Assembly: GCA_013265495.1 (NCBI GenBank)
Contig: MU057951.1
Span: forward strand, 93,118-157,117
Length of the DNA stretch: 64,000 nt
Reading direction: 5' to 3'
Source of the DNA: Vicugna vicugna
Lineage: Eukaryota
The notes under the pieces are model-generated. The model did not search any database and was not told the DNA's origin. It saw only the letters and a program-made list of their open reading frames with translations. Below, piece by piece: positions 14,093 to 27,569 of the stretch. A program made the translations under genes and the position numbers. Within the stretch, counting starts at the first letter, position 1. Each line of letters starts with the position of its first letter.

Positions 14093-15860
14093 TTATTTTA
14101 TTGAGTAATAGTCAGTTTACAATGTTGTCTCAATTTCTGGTGCACAGTACAATGTTTCAGTCATACATAAATATACATAAATTCATTTTCATATTTTTTT
14201 CACCATGAGCTACTACAAGATATTAAATATATTTCCCTGTGCTATATAGTATCAATTTGTTTACCTATTTTATACATACATGACAGTATCTGAAAATCTC
14301 AAACTCCCGGGTTATCCCTACCCAAACCCCTTCTCCCATAGCAAACACAAGTTTGTATTCTATGTTTGTGAGTCTGTTTCTGTTTTATATATAAGTATAT
14401 TTGTCTTCTTGTTTTTATATTCTACAGATGAGTGATATCATATGGCATTGTTCTTTCTCTTTCTGGTTTACTTCACTTAGAATGACATTCTCCAGGGCCA
14501 TCATTGTTGCTGCAAATGACATTATGTTGTCATTTTTATGGCTGAATAGTATTCTGTTGTATACATATACCACTACTTATTTATCCAGTCATCTGTTGAT
14601 GGACATTTAGGCTGTTTCCATGCCTTGGCTATTGTAAATAGTGCTGCTATGAATATTGGGAAGCAAGTGTCTTTTAAAGTTAGGGTTCTTTCTAGATGTA
14701 TGCCCAGGGGTGGGATTGCTAGGTCTTATGGTAAGTCTATTTTTAGTATTTTGAGTAGTCTCCATACTGTTTTCCACAATGGCTGCACCAAATTGAATAC
14801 CCACCAACAGTGTGGGAAGGTTCCCTTTTCGCCACAGCCTCCCAAAATTTATCATTTGTGGACTTTTGAATGATAGCCATTCTGACTGGTGTGAGGTAAT
14901 ACTTCATTGTAGTTTTGATTTGCATTTCTCTGATAATTAGTGATTTTGAGCATTTTTTCATGTGCCTATTGGTCATTCCTATGTCTTCACTACAAAATTG
15001 GTTCTTTAGGACTTCTGCCCATTTTTGGACTGGATTGTTTGGGGTTTTTTCTTATTAAATCATATTATCTGTTTATATATTTTGGAAATCAAGCCCTTGT
15101 CAGTCTCATATTTTGCAAATATTTTCTCACATTCTGTAGGTTGTCTTTTTCTTCTGCTTATGGTTTCCTTTGCTATGCAAAAACTTGTAGGTCTAATTAG
15201 GTCTCATTTGTTTAATTTTACTTTTTTTTTCTATTGCCTGGGTAGACTGTCCTAGGAGAACATTGCTGAGATATATGCGAGATAAGGTTTTGCCTATTTT
15301 TTTTTCAAGGAAGTCTGTTGTGTCTTGTCTTATGTTTAAGTTTTTAATCCATTTTGAGTTTATTTTTGTGTATGGTGTTAGGGAGTATCCTAACTTTATT
15401 GATTTACATGCTGCTTCTCAGTTTTCCCAACAACATTTGCTGAAGAGACTGTCTTTACGCCTTTGTATGTCCTTCCCTCTTTTGTCAAAGATAAATTGTC
15501 CAAAGTTTATGGTTTCATTTCTGCACTCTCTATTCTGTTCCACTGATGCATATGTCTTTTTCTGTACCAATAACATGCTATTTTGATTACTGTAGTTCTG
15601 TAGTATTATCTAAAGTCTAGAAGGGTTATTCCTCCAGCCTCATTCTTTTTCTTCAGTAATGTCTTGGCAATTCTGGGTCTTTTGTGGTTCCATGTACATT
15701 TTATTATGATTTTTTCAAGTTCTGTGAAAAATGTCCTGGGTAATTTGATAGGGATTGCATTAAATCTGTTGATTTCTTTGGACAGTATGCCCATTTTAAT
15801 AATATTGATTCTTCCATTCCAGAAGCGTGGGGTATCTTTCCATTTTTTAAAGTTTTTAAA
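14093..15860 (-). mobile_element. 5'-truncated L1 (late ORF2 and 3'UTR)
   Basis: ORFs 14743..14976 ([22 protein letters not shown]) and 15606..15794 ([19 protein letters not shown]). Confidence 0.9.
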
Positions 15861-15874
15861 AACTTAATGAAAGA

Positions 15875-16395
15875 ATTTTTTAATAGACTTTATAATTTTA
15901 GAGCAGTTTCAGGTTCACAACAAAAGTGAGCAAAAAGTAAAGAACTCCCACAAACCCCTCCCCACCCATACATATATATTCCCCTACCCTCAAGATTCCT
16001 CATCAGTGTGGCATATTTGGTACAATCAATGAACCAACATGGGCACATTATTATCAACCAAAGTCCATAGTTTACATTAGGGTTTACTCTTGATATTGTA
16101 CATTCTATGTGTTTTGAAAAATACATAATGACATGTAGGCAATATAGTATCATACAGAATAATTTTATTGCCCTAAAAATCACTTGTGCTCCATCTATTC
16201 ATTCTTCCCTACCTCCCTCTCCCCAAACCCCTAAACCATCATAATTTTATTGTTTCTGTAGCTGTGTCTTTTCCAGAATGTCAATTTGTTGGAATCATAT
16301 AGTTTTCAGCCTATTCAGACTGCCTTTTTTAATTTAGTAATATGTCTTTTAAGATTCTTCTGTCTTACGTGGTTAGATGGATCATTTTTTTAATG
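15875..16395 (-). mobile_element. Ancient L1MC-like 3' end
   Basis: tttttaatagactttataattttagagcagtttcaggttcacaacaaaa...caatcaatgaaccaacatgggcacattattatcaaccaaagtccatag. Confidence 0.7.
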
Positions 16396-16465
16396 CACAT
16401 TTATTTTTCATTTACATGTATGTACTATTCATTGTATCTAAGAATGTTAAAAGCTTCACTTTTTT

Positions 16466-16543
16466 ATATTTTTATTGATTTATAATCATTTTACAATGTT
16501 CTGTCAAATTCCAGTGTACAGCACAATTTTTCAGTCATACATG

Positions 16544-16637
<94 letters not shown>

Positions 16638-19600
16638 TTGTCACATTTTTTTCTCTGTGAGCTACCATGAGATCTTGTATATATTTCCCTGTGATATACA
16701 GTATAATCTTGTTTATCTATTCTACAATATTGAAATCCTGTCTATCCCTTCCCTCCCTCCACCCCCTTGGTAACTGCAAGTTTGTATTCTATGTCTATGA
16801 ATCTGTTTCTGTTATGTATTTATGCTTTGTTTGTTTTTGTTTTTGTTTTTTTAGATGCCACATATGAGCGATCTCATACGGTATTTTTCTTTCTCTTTAT
16901 GGCTTACTTCACTTAGAATGACATTCACAGAAGCATCCATGTTGATGCAAATGGCATTATGTTGTCGGGTTTTATGGCTGAGTAGTATTTCAATCTAAAT
17001 ATACCATTTCATCTTTATCCAGTTATCCATTGATGGATATTTAGGCTGTTTCCATGTCTTGGCTATTGTAAATAGTGCTGCTATGAACATTGGGATGCAG
17101 GTGTCATCCTGAAGTAGGGTTCCTTCTGGATATATGCCAAGGACTGGGATTCCTGGGTCATATGGGAAGTCTATTCCTAGTCTTTTGAGGAATCTCCATA
17201 CTGTTTTCCACAGTGGCTGCACCAAACTGCATTCCCGCCAGCAGTGTAGGAGGGTTCCCCTTTCTCCACAGCCTCTCCAGCATTTGACATTTGTGGATTT
17301 TTGAATGATGGCCATTCTGACTGGTGTGAGGTGATAGCTCATTGTAGTTTTGATTTGCATTTCTCTGATAATTAGTGATATGGAGCAGTTTTTCATGTGT
17401 CTATTGATCATTTGTAAGTCTTCCTTGGAGAATTGCTTGTTTAGGTCTTCTGCCCATTTTTGGATTGGGTTGTTTGTTTTTCCTTATTAAGTCATATGTG
17501 CTGTTTATATATTCTGGAGATCAAGCCTTTGTCTGTTTCATTTGCAAAAATTTTCTCCCAATCCATAGGTTGTCTTTTTGTTTTACTTCTGGTTTCCTTT
17601 GCTGTGCAGAAACTTGTAAGTTTCATTAGGTCCCATTTGTTTATTCTTGCTTTTATTTCTATTGCTTCAGTGGACTGTTCTAGGAGAACATTTTTGAGAT
17701 GTATTTCAGATAATGTTTGGCCTATATTTTCTTCTGGGATGTTTACTGTCTCTTGTCTTCTGTTTACGTCTTTGATCCATTTTGAGTTGATTTTTGTGTA
17801 TGGTGTAAAGGAGTGTTCTAGCTTCACTGATTTACATGCTGCTGTCCAGTTTTCCCAACACCATTTGCTGAAGAGACTGTCTTTATTCCATTGTATATTC
17901 TTGCCTCCATTGTCAAAGATGAGTTGACCAAAAGTTTGTGGGTTAATGTCTGGGCTCTCTATTCTATTCCATTGGTCTATATGTCTGTTTTTGCACCAAT
18001 ACCATGCTGTCTTGATGAATGTGGCTCTATAGTATTTTCTGAAAACTGGAAGAGATATTCCTCCAGCCTCTTTCTTTCTCTTCAGTAATGCTTTGACAAT
18101 TCTTGGTCTTTGATGGTTCCATATAAATTTTAATATAATTTATTTTAGTTCTGTGAAATATGTCCTGGCTAGTTTCATAGGGATTGCATTATATCTGTAG
18201 ATTGTCTTGGGCAGTGTGATCATTTTAACAATATTGATTCTTCCAATCCAAGAGCATGGAATATCATTCCATTTTTTAAATTCTTCTTTCATTTCCTTCA
18301 TCAAAGGTTTATAGTTTTCTGTGTATAATTCTTTCACCTTCTTGGTTAGATTTATTCTGAGGTATTTTATTTCTTCGGGTGTTATTTTAAAGGGGATTTT
18401 TCTTTACTTTCTTATCTGTTGATTCATCATTAGTGTAAAGAAATACAACTGATTTTTGAACGTTAATCTTGTAATCTGCTGCCTTGCTGAATTCTTTGAT
18501 CAGCTCTAGCAGTTTTTCTGTAGACCTTTTAGGATTTTGAATATATAGTAACATGTCGTCGGCATATAGTGACACTTTTACCTATTCTTTTCCAACTTGG
18601 ATGCCTTTTATTTCTCTTGCTTGAATGCTGTGGCTAGGACTTCCAAAACGATGTTGAGTTGGAGTGGTGATAGAGGGCATCCTTGTCTTGTCCCAGATTT
18701 TAGTAGGAAAGTTTTCAGTCTTCCACCATTGAGTAATATGCTGGCTGTAGGTTTGTCATATATAGCTTTTATGTTGAGATATACTCCCTCTGTACCCACT
18801 TTGGTGAGAGTTTTTATCATAAATGGGAGTTGAATTTTATCAAATGCTTTTTCTGCATCTATTGTGAGAATCATGTGGTTTTTGTCCCTTGTCTTGTTGA
18901 CGTGATATATTACATTTATTGATTTGTGTATGTTGAACCACCCTTGTGTCAAGGGACACCCTTGTGTCCCTGAACCCCTCTTGGTCATGGTGTATTTTTA
19001 TGTGTTGTTGGATTCTATTTGCTAATATTTTGTTGAGGATTTTGGCGTCTATGTTCAAGAGTGATTTTGGCCTATAATTCTCTTTTTTGGTAGTGTCTTT
19101 GCCTGGTTTTGGTATCAGGGTGATGGTGGCTTCATAGAATGAGTTTGGGAGTATTCCCTCCTTTTCAATCTTCTGGAAGAGTTTGAGAAGGACTGGTATG
19201 AGTTCTTCTTTGTATGTTTGATAGAATTCCCTGGTGAAGCCGTCTGGTCCTGGACTTTTATTTGTAGGGAGGTTTTTAATTGCTATTTTGATTTCATTTC
19301 TAGTTATCACTTTGTTCAATTGGTCAGTTTCTTCTTGATTCAGTCTTGGTGGACTGTATGTTTCCAGAAATTGTCCATCTCCTCTAGGTTATCCAATTTG
19401 GTTCCATATAGTTTTTCATACTATTCTCATATGATATTCTGTATTTCTGTTTTATTTGTTGTAATTGCTCCATTTTCCATTTTTATTATGCTAATTTGTG
19501 CTCTGTCTTTTTCTTCTTTCTGAGTTTGGCCAGAAATTTGTCGCTTTTATTTACTTTTTCAAAAAAACAGCCTTTGCCTACATTGATTTTTTTCTAGTTT

Positions 19601-22180
19601 ATTTTTAATCTGTATTTGAATTATTTCCTCCCAGATCTTAATAATTTCCTTTCTTCTGCTGCCTTTTGGGAATTTTTGTTCTTTTTCCAGTTCATTCAGG
19701 TGGTGGGTTAAATTGTTTGTCTGAGATTGTTCTTCTTTTTTGAGGAAGGCCTGTATCGCTATAAACTTCCCTCTTAGCACTGCCTTTGCTGTGTCCCATA
19801 GATTTTGAGTGGTTGTGCTTTCATTTTCATTTGTCTCAAGGTATTTTATAATTTCAACTTTGATTTCCTCATTGACCCATTGGTTATTTAATAGCATGTT
19901 GTTTAATCTCCATGCTTTCCCTTTTTTCTCCTTCCTTTCTCTGTTGTTGATTTCTGGTTTCATGGCATTGTCATCAGTAAAGATGCTTGATGTAATTTCA
20001 TCTTCTTAAATTTGTTGAGGTTTCTTTTGTGCCCAAGTACATGATCAATCCTAGAAAATGTTCCATGTGGACTTGAAGAGAATGTATATCCTACTTTTTG
20101 GAAGTGTAATACTCTGAATATAGTCACCAAATCTAATTGTTCTGTTGTATTATTTAGTTTCTCTGTTGCCTATTTTACTTTATGTCTGGAAGATCTGTCT
20201 AGTGATGTTAATGCAGTATTAAATCTCCAACAATGATTGTATTCCCATCAATATCCCCCTTTAACTCTGTTAGTAATTGTTTTAGGTATTTAGGTGCTCT
20301 GATATTGGGTGTATATATATTAATGAGTGTAATATCCTCATCTTGTATCACTCTTTTAATCATTATAAAATGTCCTTCTTTAACTTTCTTTATGGCCTTT
20401 GTTTTAAAGTCTACTTTGTCTGAAATCAGTACTGCAACACCTGCTTCATTGGCTTTTCCATTTGCATGGAATATCCTTTTCCATCCTTTCACTCTCAATC
20501 TATATGTGTCCTTCTCCCTAAAGTGGGTCTCTTGTATGCAGCATATTGAAGGCTCTTGCTTTTTTATCCAGTCTGCCATTGTATGTCTTTTGATTGGAGC
20601 ATTTAGTCCATTAACATTTACCATCATTGATGATAGATGTGTGTTTATTGCCATTTTGAACTTGTGTTTGCAGTTGATTTTGTATTTCCTCTTTGTCCCT
20701 TTCTTCTTCCTTTTGTGGTTTGGTAATTTTCCTTTGTATTATCATGGATTTCTTTTAGTTTTTGTGACTTTCTTGTAAGTTTTTGGCTTTTGCTTACCCT
20801 TTTCGGTATGTCTATTAGCCCATTACAATATCTTGAACCCATTCTGCCATGAAGAAAAAAATTAAAAAAGAAAAAGAAAAAAATACTCTTTATTTTCTTG
20901 CTTCCCTCTCCCACTCTTAATGATTTAGACGTCTTCATTAACAATTTCGTGTTTATTTTGTTTGTAATTCATGAGCTATCACCTTTCCAGTTCTTGTTTT
21001 CTCATTTCTGTAGCATCCTGCTGCTTTTCTGCTCAGATAAGACCTTAGACCTTTCAATATTCCTTTTAGCATGGATTTAGTGTTGGTAAACTCTTTTAGT
21101 TTTTACTTGTCTGTGAAATTCTTTATCTCTCCTTCTATTCTAAAGGATAGCCTTGCTGGAACGAGTATCCTAGGCTACATCTTTTTTTCATTCAGGACTT
21201 TGAATATATCTTGCCACTCACTTCTGGCCTGTAGTGTTTGTGTAGAGAAATCAGCTGAGAGCCTTATGGGGGTCCCCTTGTAACTCACTATTTTCTTTTC
21301 TCTTGCTGCCTTTAGGATCATTTCTTTATCCTTGTTTCTGGCCATCTTGATTATGATATGTCTTTGTGTGGGTCTGTTTGGGTTCTTCCTGTTTGGGACC
21401 CTTTAATCTTCCTGTATTGGATATCTGATTCCTTCTTTAAGTTTAGGAAGTTTTCAGTCATGATTTCTTCAAAAGCCTTTTCAATCCCGTTTGATCTTTC
21501 TTCCCCTTTGGGACCCCTATTATGCAAAAATTGGTATGCCTTATATTATCCTATAGGTCCCTTATGTTGCTTTCATTTGTTTCCATTTGTTTATCTTGCA
21601 GTTGTTCTGATTATGTGCTTTCTGTTGTCCTGTCTCCTAGGTCACTAATTCATTCCTCTGCATTATCTATTCTTCTTTGCACAGCCTTTATATCTGTTCT
21701 TTTCTCAGCCAATGTGTTTACCAATTCTACTTGGCTCTTCTTTATAGCTTCGATTTCATTTTTGACATAAACACTATGTCTTTTTGTTCCTTTAATTCTT
21801 TGATCACTCCTTTTTTGAAATCTTAGTCAAGTAAGCTATTGATGTCTATTTCATTAATCATTCTTTCAGGGGATTTCTCATTTTAATTGGGAATGGTTTC
21901 TCTGCTTCTTCATCTTGCTCATATCTCTCTGGCATTGTGGCTTATGGGGTACCAGTTATCTATTATGGTCATTAAAGAGTTCATTTATTTATCTATCTAA
22001 TGCCTATGTAGGAATAAAACAGATTTTTGGCATTTTTGTCTTTTGAAGAGGACAGTGTTCTGTCGGAGTTCTGTAGGTGCTCTGGTTGGCTGAGTGGGTC
22101 TTCGGATGTGAGTCTTGGTGTATCTGTGGCAGAGGGAGAGCCACGAGTGTCCTATACTCCACCATCTCAGCCTTGTTCTT
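16466..22180 (-). mobile_element. End-to-end L1 with a spliced 5'UTR (SpIRE-type); ORF1 and ORF2 disrupted
   Basis: 5' terminus GAGATGGTGGAGTATAGGACAC near 22170, ORF1 start near 21922, ORF2 start 20654 ([15 protein letters not shown]), YADD fragment 18387..18575, 3'UTR. Flanking repeat AGCTTCAC(C)TTTTT at 16452-16465 and 22183-22196. Confidence 0.92.
16547..16633. repeat. Perfect (AT)n microsatellite in an L1 3'UTR
   Basis: About 43 uninterrupted AT units. Confidence 0.97.
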
Positions 22181-22269
22181 AGAGCTTCACCTTTTTAAAC
22201 TTACATAGATATCAAAGAAATAAAACCAACCACAAAATTAGAATTAACTCAAAAACTTACATTCACCTT

Positions 22270-22752
22270 TCTATTAAAAGAAATATTTATAATTGCCACG
22301 CCATGGAAGCATCCTAAGTGCTCATCAATAGTTGAACAAAGAATGGAAATTCAGTATATATATTTGCATACAACTCACTCATAAAAAAGAAGGATAATTT
22401 GCCAGTGTTAGCCCTTCATTCTCTTTGTTTTCACTTCAAAAACCAGAACTTTATAATGGGCAGAGGCATTTCCATTACATCAAAAACAACAAAATACCCA
22501 GAAATAGACTTAATCAAAGATATTACTTATACTCTGAAAACTGAAATGACACAAAGAATTGGAAAGATTTCTTGTGCTCTTCGATTGGAAGAATCAACAC
22601 TATCAAAATGGCCACACTATCCAAGGCATTCCACAGATATAACAAAACCCCTGTCAAAACACTTGTGAGATTCCTCATAGAAGTAGAACAAACAAATCCA
22701 AAATTTATAAGGAACCACAAAAGACCCAGAACAGCCAAAGAAATCTTTTGTA
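22270..22752 (+). mobile_element. Old L1 ORF2 fragments
   Basis: ORF 22572..22826 IGRINTIKMATLSKAFHRYN...PKFIRNHKRPRTAKEI. Confidence 0.7.
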
Positions 22753-22759
22753 GGTCTCT

Positions 22760-25700
22760 CTCTTTTTTTTCTTTCTTTCTTGGTTTTGTTCTTTTTTCTT
22801 TTTTTAACATTTTTATTGATTTATAATCATTTTACAATGTTGTGTAAAATTCCAGTCTTCAGCACAATTTTTCAGTCATTCATGGACATATACACATTCA
22901 TTGTCACATTTTTTTTCTCTGTGAGTTATCATAACATTTTGTATATATTTCTCTGTGCTATACAGTGTAATCTTGTTTATCTATTCTACAATTTTGAAAT
23001 CCCAGTCTATCCCTAACCACCCTCACCCCCATGGTAACCACAAGTCTGTATTCTCTGTCTGTGAGTCTATTTCTGTACTGTATTTATGCTTTGCTTTTGT
23101 TTGTTTGTTTGATTTTGTTTTTGTTTTTTAGATTCCACATATGAGCGATCTCATATGGTATTTTTCTTTCTCTTTCTGGCTTACTTCACTTAGAATGACA
23201 TTCTCCAGGAGCATCCATATTGCTGCAAATGGCATTATGTTGTCGGTTTTTATGGCTGAGTAGTATTCCATTCTATATATATACCACTTCTTTCTCCAGT
23301 CACCTTTTGAGGGACATTTAGGCTGTTTCCATGTCTTGGCTATTGTAAATAGTGCTGCTATGGATATTGGGATGCAGGTGTCATCCTGAAGTAGGGTTCC
23401 TTCTGGATACAAGCCCAGGAGTGGGATTCCTGGGTCAAATGTTAAGTCTATTCCTAGTCTTTTGAGGAATCTTCACACTGTTTTCCACAGTGGCTGCACC
23501 AAACTGCATTCCCACCAGCAATTTGGGAGGGTTCCCCTTTCTCCACAGCCTCTCCAACATTTGTCATCTGTGGATTTTTGAATGGCCATTCTGACTGGTG
23601 TGAGGTGATAGCTCACTGTAGTTTTGATTTGCATTTCTCTGATAATTAGTGATATGGAGCATTTTTTCATGTGCTTATTGATCATTTGTATGTCTTCCTT
23701 GGAGAATTGCTTGTTTAGATATTTTGCTCATTTTTGGATTAGGTTGTTTGGTTGTTTCTTATTCAGTTGTAGGATCTGCTTATATATTCTGGAGATCAAG
23801 CCTTTGTCGGTTTCACTTGCANNNNNNNNNNNNNNNNNNNNNNNNNNNNNNNNNNNNNNNNNNNNNNNNNNNNNNNNNNNNNNNNNNNNNNNNNNNNNNN
23901 NNNNNNNNNNNNNNNNNNNNNNNNNNNNNNNNNNNNNNNNNNNNNNNNNNNNNNNNNNNNNNNNNNNNNNNNNNNNNNNNNNNNNNNNNNNNNNNNNNNN
24001 NNNNNNNNNNNNNNNNNNNNNNNNNNNNNNNNNNNNNNNNNNNNNNNNNNNNNNNNNNNNNNNNNNNNNNNNNNNNNNNNNNNNNNNNNNNNNNNNNNNN
24101 NNNNNNNNNNNNNNNNNNNNNNNNNNNNNNNNGTCTTTGATGGTTCCATATAAATTTTATTATGATTTGTTCTAGTTCTGTGAAATATGTCCTGGGTAAT
24201 TGGATAGGGATTGCATTAAATCTGTAGATTGCCTTGGGCAGTGTGACCATTTTAACAATATTGATTCTTCCAATCCAAGAGCTTGGGATATCTTTCCATT
24301 TTTTAAAGTCTTCTTTAATTTCCTTCATCAATGGTTTATAGTTTTCTGTGTATAATTCTTTCACCTCCTTGGTTAGATATATTCCTAGATATTTTATTAC
24401 TTTGGGTGCTATTTCAAAGGGGATTGTTTCTTTACTTTCTTTTTCTGTTGATTCATCATTAGTGTAAAGAAATGCAACTGATTTTTGAACGTTAATTTTG
24501 TAACCTGCTACCTTGTTGAATTCTTCAATCAGCTCTAGTATCTTTTGTGTGGACCTTTTAGGGTTTTCTCTATATAGTAACATGTGATCAGCATATAATG
24601 ACACTTTTACTTCTTCTTTTCCAATTTCGATCCCTTTTGTTTCTTTCTCTTGCCCGACTGCTGTGGCTAGGACTTCCAAGTCTATGTTCAATAGGTCCAA
24701 GTGGTGACACTGGACAGTCTTGTCCCACATTTTAGCGGCAAGGTTTTCAGCTTTTCTCCATTGGGTACTATGCTGGTTGTAGGTTTGTCATAAATAGCTT
24801 TTATTATGTTGAGATATGTTCCCTTTATACCCACCTTTCTGAAGGTTTTTATCAGAAATGGTGTTGAATTTTATTAAATGCTTTTTCTTCATCTATTGAG
24901 ATGACCATGTGATTTGTGTTCTTTCTCTTGTTGTTGTGGTTTATTACATTGATTGATTTGCATATGTTGAACCATGCTTGTATTCCTGGGCTGAATCCAA
25001 CTTGATCCTGGTTTATGATCTTTTTTATGTGCTATTCAATTCTGTTTGTTAATATTTTGTTGAGGATTTTTGCATATATGTTCAACAGTAATATTGGTCT
25101 GTAATTCTCTTTTTTGATAGTGTCTTTGTCTGGTTTTTGTATCAGGGTGATGGTGGCTTCACAGAATGAGTTTGGGAATAGTCCCTCCTTTTCAATCTTC
25201 TGGAAGAATTCAAGAAGGACTGGTATGAATTCTTCTTTGTATGTTTGTTTGAATTCCCCAGTGAAGCCATCCAGCCCTTGACTTGTGTTTGTAGGAATGT
25301 ATTTTATTGCTATTCTTTTTCATTTCTAGTGATTGGTGTTTTCAAGTGGTCTGTCTCTTCTTGATTCTGTTTGTGTGGACTCTATGTTTCCAGAAACTTA
25401 CCAGTTTCTTCTAGGTTATCTGGTTTGTTTCCAGAGTTGTTCATTGTATTCTTAAATGATCTTTTGTATTTTTCTGGTATTGATTGTAATTTCTCCATTT
25501 TCCTTTCTTATTTTTTTATTTGTGCTCTCTCTTTTTTCTTCTTCATGAGCTTGGCCAGAGGTTTGTTAATTTTGTTTGCGCTTTCAAAAAAACAGCTCTT
25601 GGTTTGATTAATTTTTAGTTGTATTTTTTTAAATCTATAGTTTATGTATTTCCTCCCTGATTATTATTTTCTTCCTTCTGCTGATTTTCGGTTCTGTTTG

Positions 25701-26497
25701 CTCTTCTTTTTCTAATTGTCTTAGCTGGTAGGTTCAATTGTTTCTTTGAGGTTGTTCTTCTTTTTTGAGAAAGGCCTGTATTTCTATAAAGTTCCCTCTT
25801 AGCACTGCCTTTGCTGCATTCCAGGATTCTGTGTGATTTTGTTTTCATCATTTGTCTCAAAGTATTTTTTAATTTCTTTTTTGATTTTATCATTGACCCA
25901 TTGGTTTTTTAGTAGCATGTTGTATAATCTCCATGCTGTCTTTTTATTTTCCTTTGTTTTTCTGTAGTTGACTTCTAATTTCAAGGTATTGTGGTCAGTA
26001 AAAAATTTTGAAATAAATTCTATCTTCTTAAGATCATCGAGGCTTCATTTGTGTCCAAGTACATGATCTGTCCTAGAAAATGCTCCACGTGCACTTGAAA
26101 AGAATGTATATCCTATTTTGGGGGGATGTAATGTTCTGAAAATATCAACCAAGTCTAATTGTTCTATTATATCATTTAATTTCTCTGTTGTCTTATTAAT
26201 ATTTTGTCTTGAAGATCTGTCCATTGATGTTAATCAGGAGTTAGTCACCTACACTGATAGCATTCTCATAATTTTCTCCCTTTAAATATGTTAGTAGTTG
26301 CTTTGTGTATTTAGGAGCTCCTCTATTTGATGCATATATGTTAATGAATGTAATACCCTCATCTTCTATTGCTTCTTTAATCTTTAAAATATCCTTCTTT
26401 ATCTTTATAGCCTTTGTTTTAAAGTCTATTTTTTCTGAAGTCTACTTTCTTGTCATTTCCATTTCTATTGAATATATTTTTCCATCCTCTCACTCTC
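22760..26497 (-). mobile_element. 5'-truncated L1 covering most of ORF2 and the 3'UTR; contains N-gap 23822-24132
   Basis: ORF 23813..24730 [40 protein letters not shown]. The C-terminal fragment 23128..23412 ends RSLICGI. Confidence 0.9.
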
Positions 26498-26499
26498 CA

Positions 26500-27560
26500 T
26501 AATATACTGTTTTAATTACTATAGCTTTGTAAAATGTTTTGAAATCAGAAGTGTAATATCTCCAGCTTTGTTTTCCTTATTCAGGATTTCTTAGACTATT
26601 TGGGATATTTTGTGGTTCAAAATTAATATTAAGTTTTTTTATACTTCTGTGAAAATGCCATTGGAATTTTGATAGGGATTGCTTTACATCTGTAAATCAC
26701 TTTGGGTATTGTAGATATTTTAACAATGTTAAGTATTCCAATCCATAAATACAGAATATATCTCCATGTCTATTGTTTTCATTAGTATTTTTATTAAATA
26801 TTTTGTAGTTTCCAGTGTAAGTCTTTTACCTGCTTGGTGATGTTTATTCCTAAATATTTTTGATGGTATTCCAAACAAGATTTTTTTTCTTAACGCCCTT
26901 TTCAGATGGTTTGTTACTAGTTTTTAGGAGCACAATTCATTTATTGTGTGTTGTTTTGGTACCTGTTACATAAATTTTTTATTAGTCATAACAGATTTTC
27001 ATGGTGTATTTAGGGTTTTCTACATATAATATGATGTAATATTAAAAACAAAAATTAATTTCTTTCCAATGTATATATCACTTATTTCATTTTCTTCTCT
27101 AGTTGTTGCAGCTAAGACTCCCACTAAATGTTGAATAGAAGTGATATGAGTAGACATCTTCATCTTCTCCCTAACATTAGAAGAAAAGCTTACAGGGTTT
27201 ATTTTATTTTATTTTATTATTTTATTTTGCCATTTATTTTAATAGTTCTAGGTTTTTCATATGTGGTCATTCTTTGTATACTTAGTTTTTTGAAAGTTTT
27301 TCATGAAAGTGTGTTGAATTTTTCAAATGCTTTTTATGCATCAAATGACAAAATAATGTTATTTTTAAATAATTATTTTTCTGTTCATATGCTGGTCATA
27401 TTAATTGATTTGTAAATGCTGAGACATTCTTGCATCCTAGAGGTAAGTAATGTTTGGACATGATAAATAATCTTTTAAATATGTTGTTGAATTAAGTTTA
27501 CTAGTATTTTATTGAGAAGATTTTTAATACATTTCTCAGGGATTTTGCCATCTATGTTTT
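26500..27560 (-). mobile_element. Ancient L1 ORF2 (RT region) fragment
   Basis: tctccagctttgttt..., gccattggaattttgatagggattgc, atgttgaatagaagtgatatgagtagacatctt. Confidence 0.75.
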
Positions 27561-27569
27561 TCATGGTTT

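Noticed and set aside
6620..15860. Two minus-strand L1s ending at nearly the same ORF2 position (about 6650 and 15855)
   Set aside because: One end abuts another insertion in a T-rich tract, and two cases cannot establish a hotspot.
23624..24730. Long ORFs containing runs of X
   Set aside because: Artefacts of the N-gap at 23822-24132; the same applies to 28259-28429.
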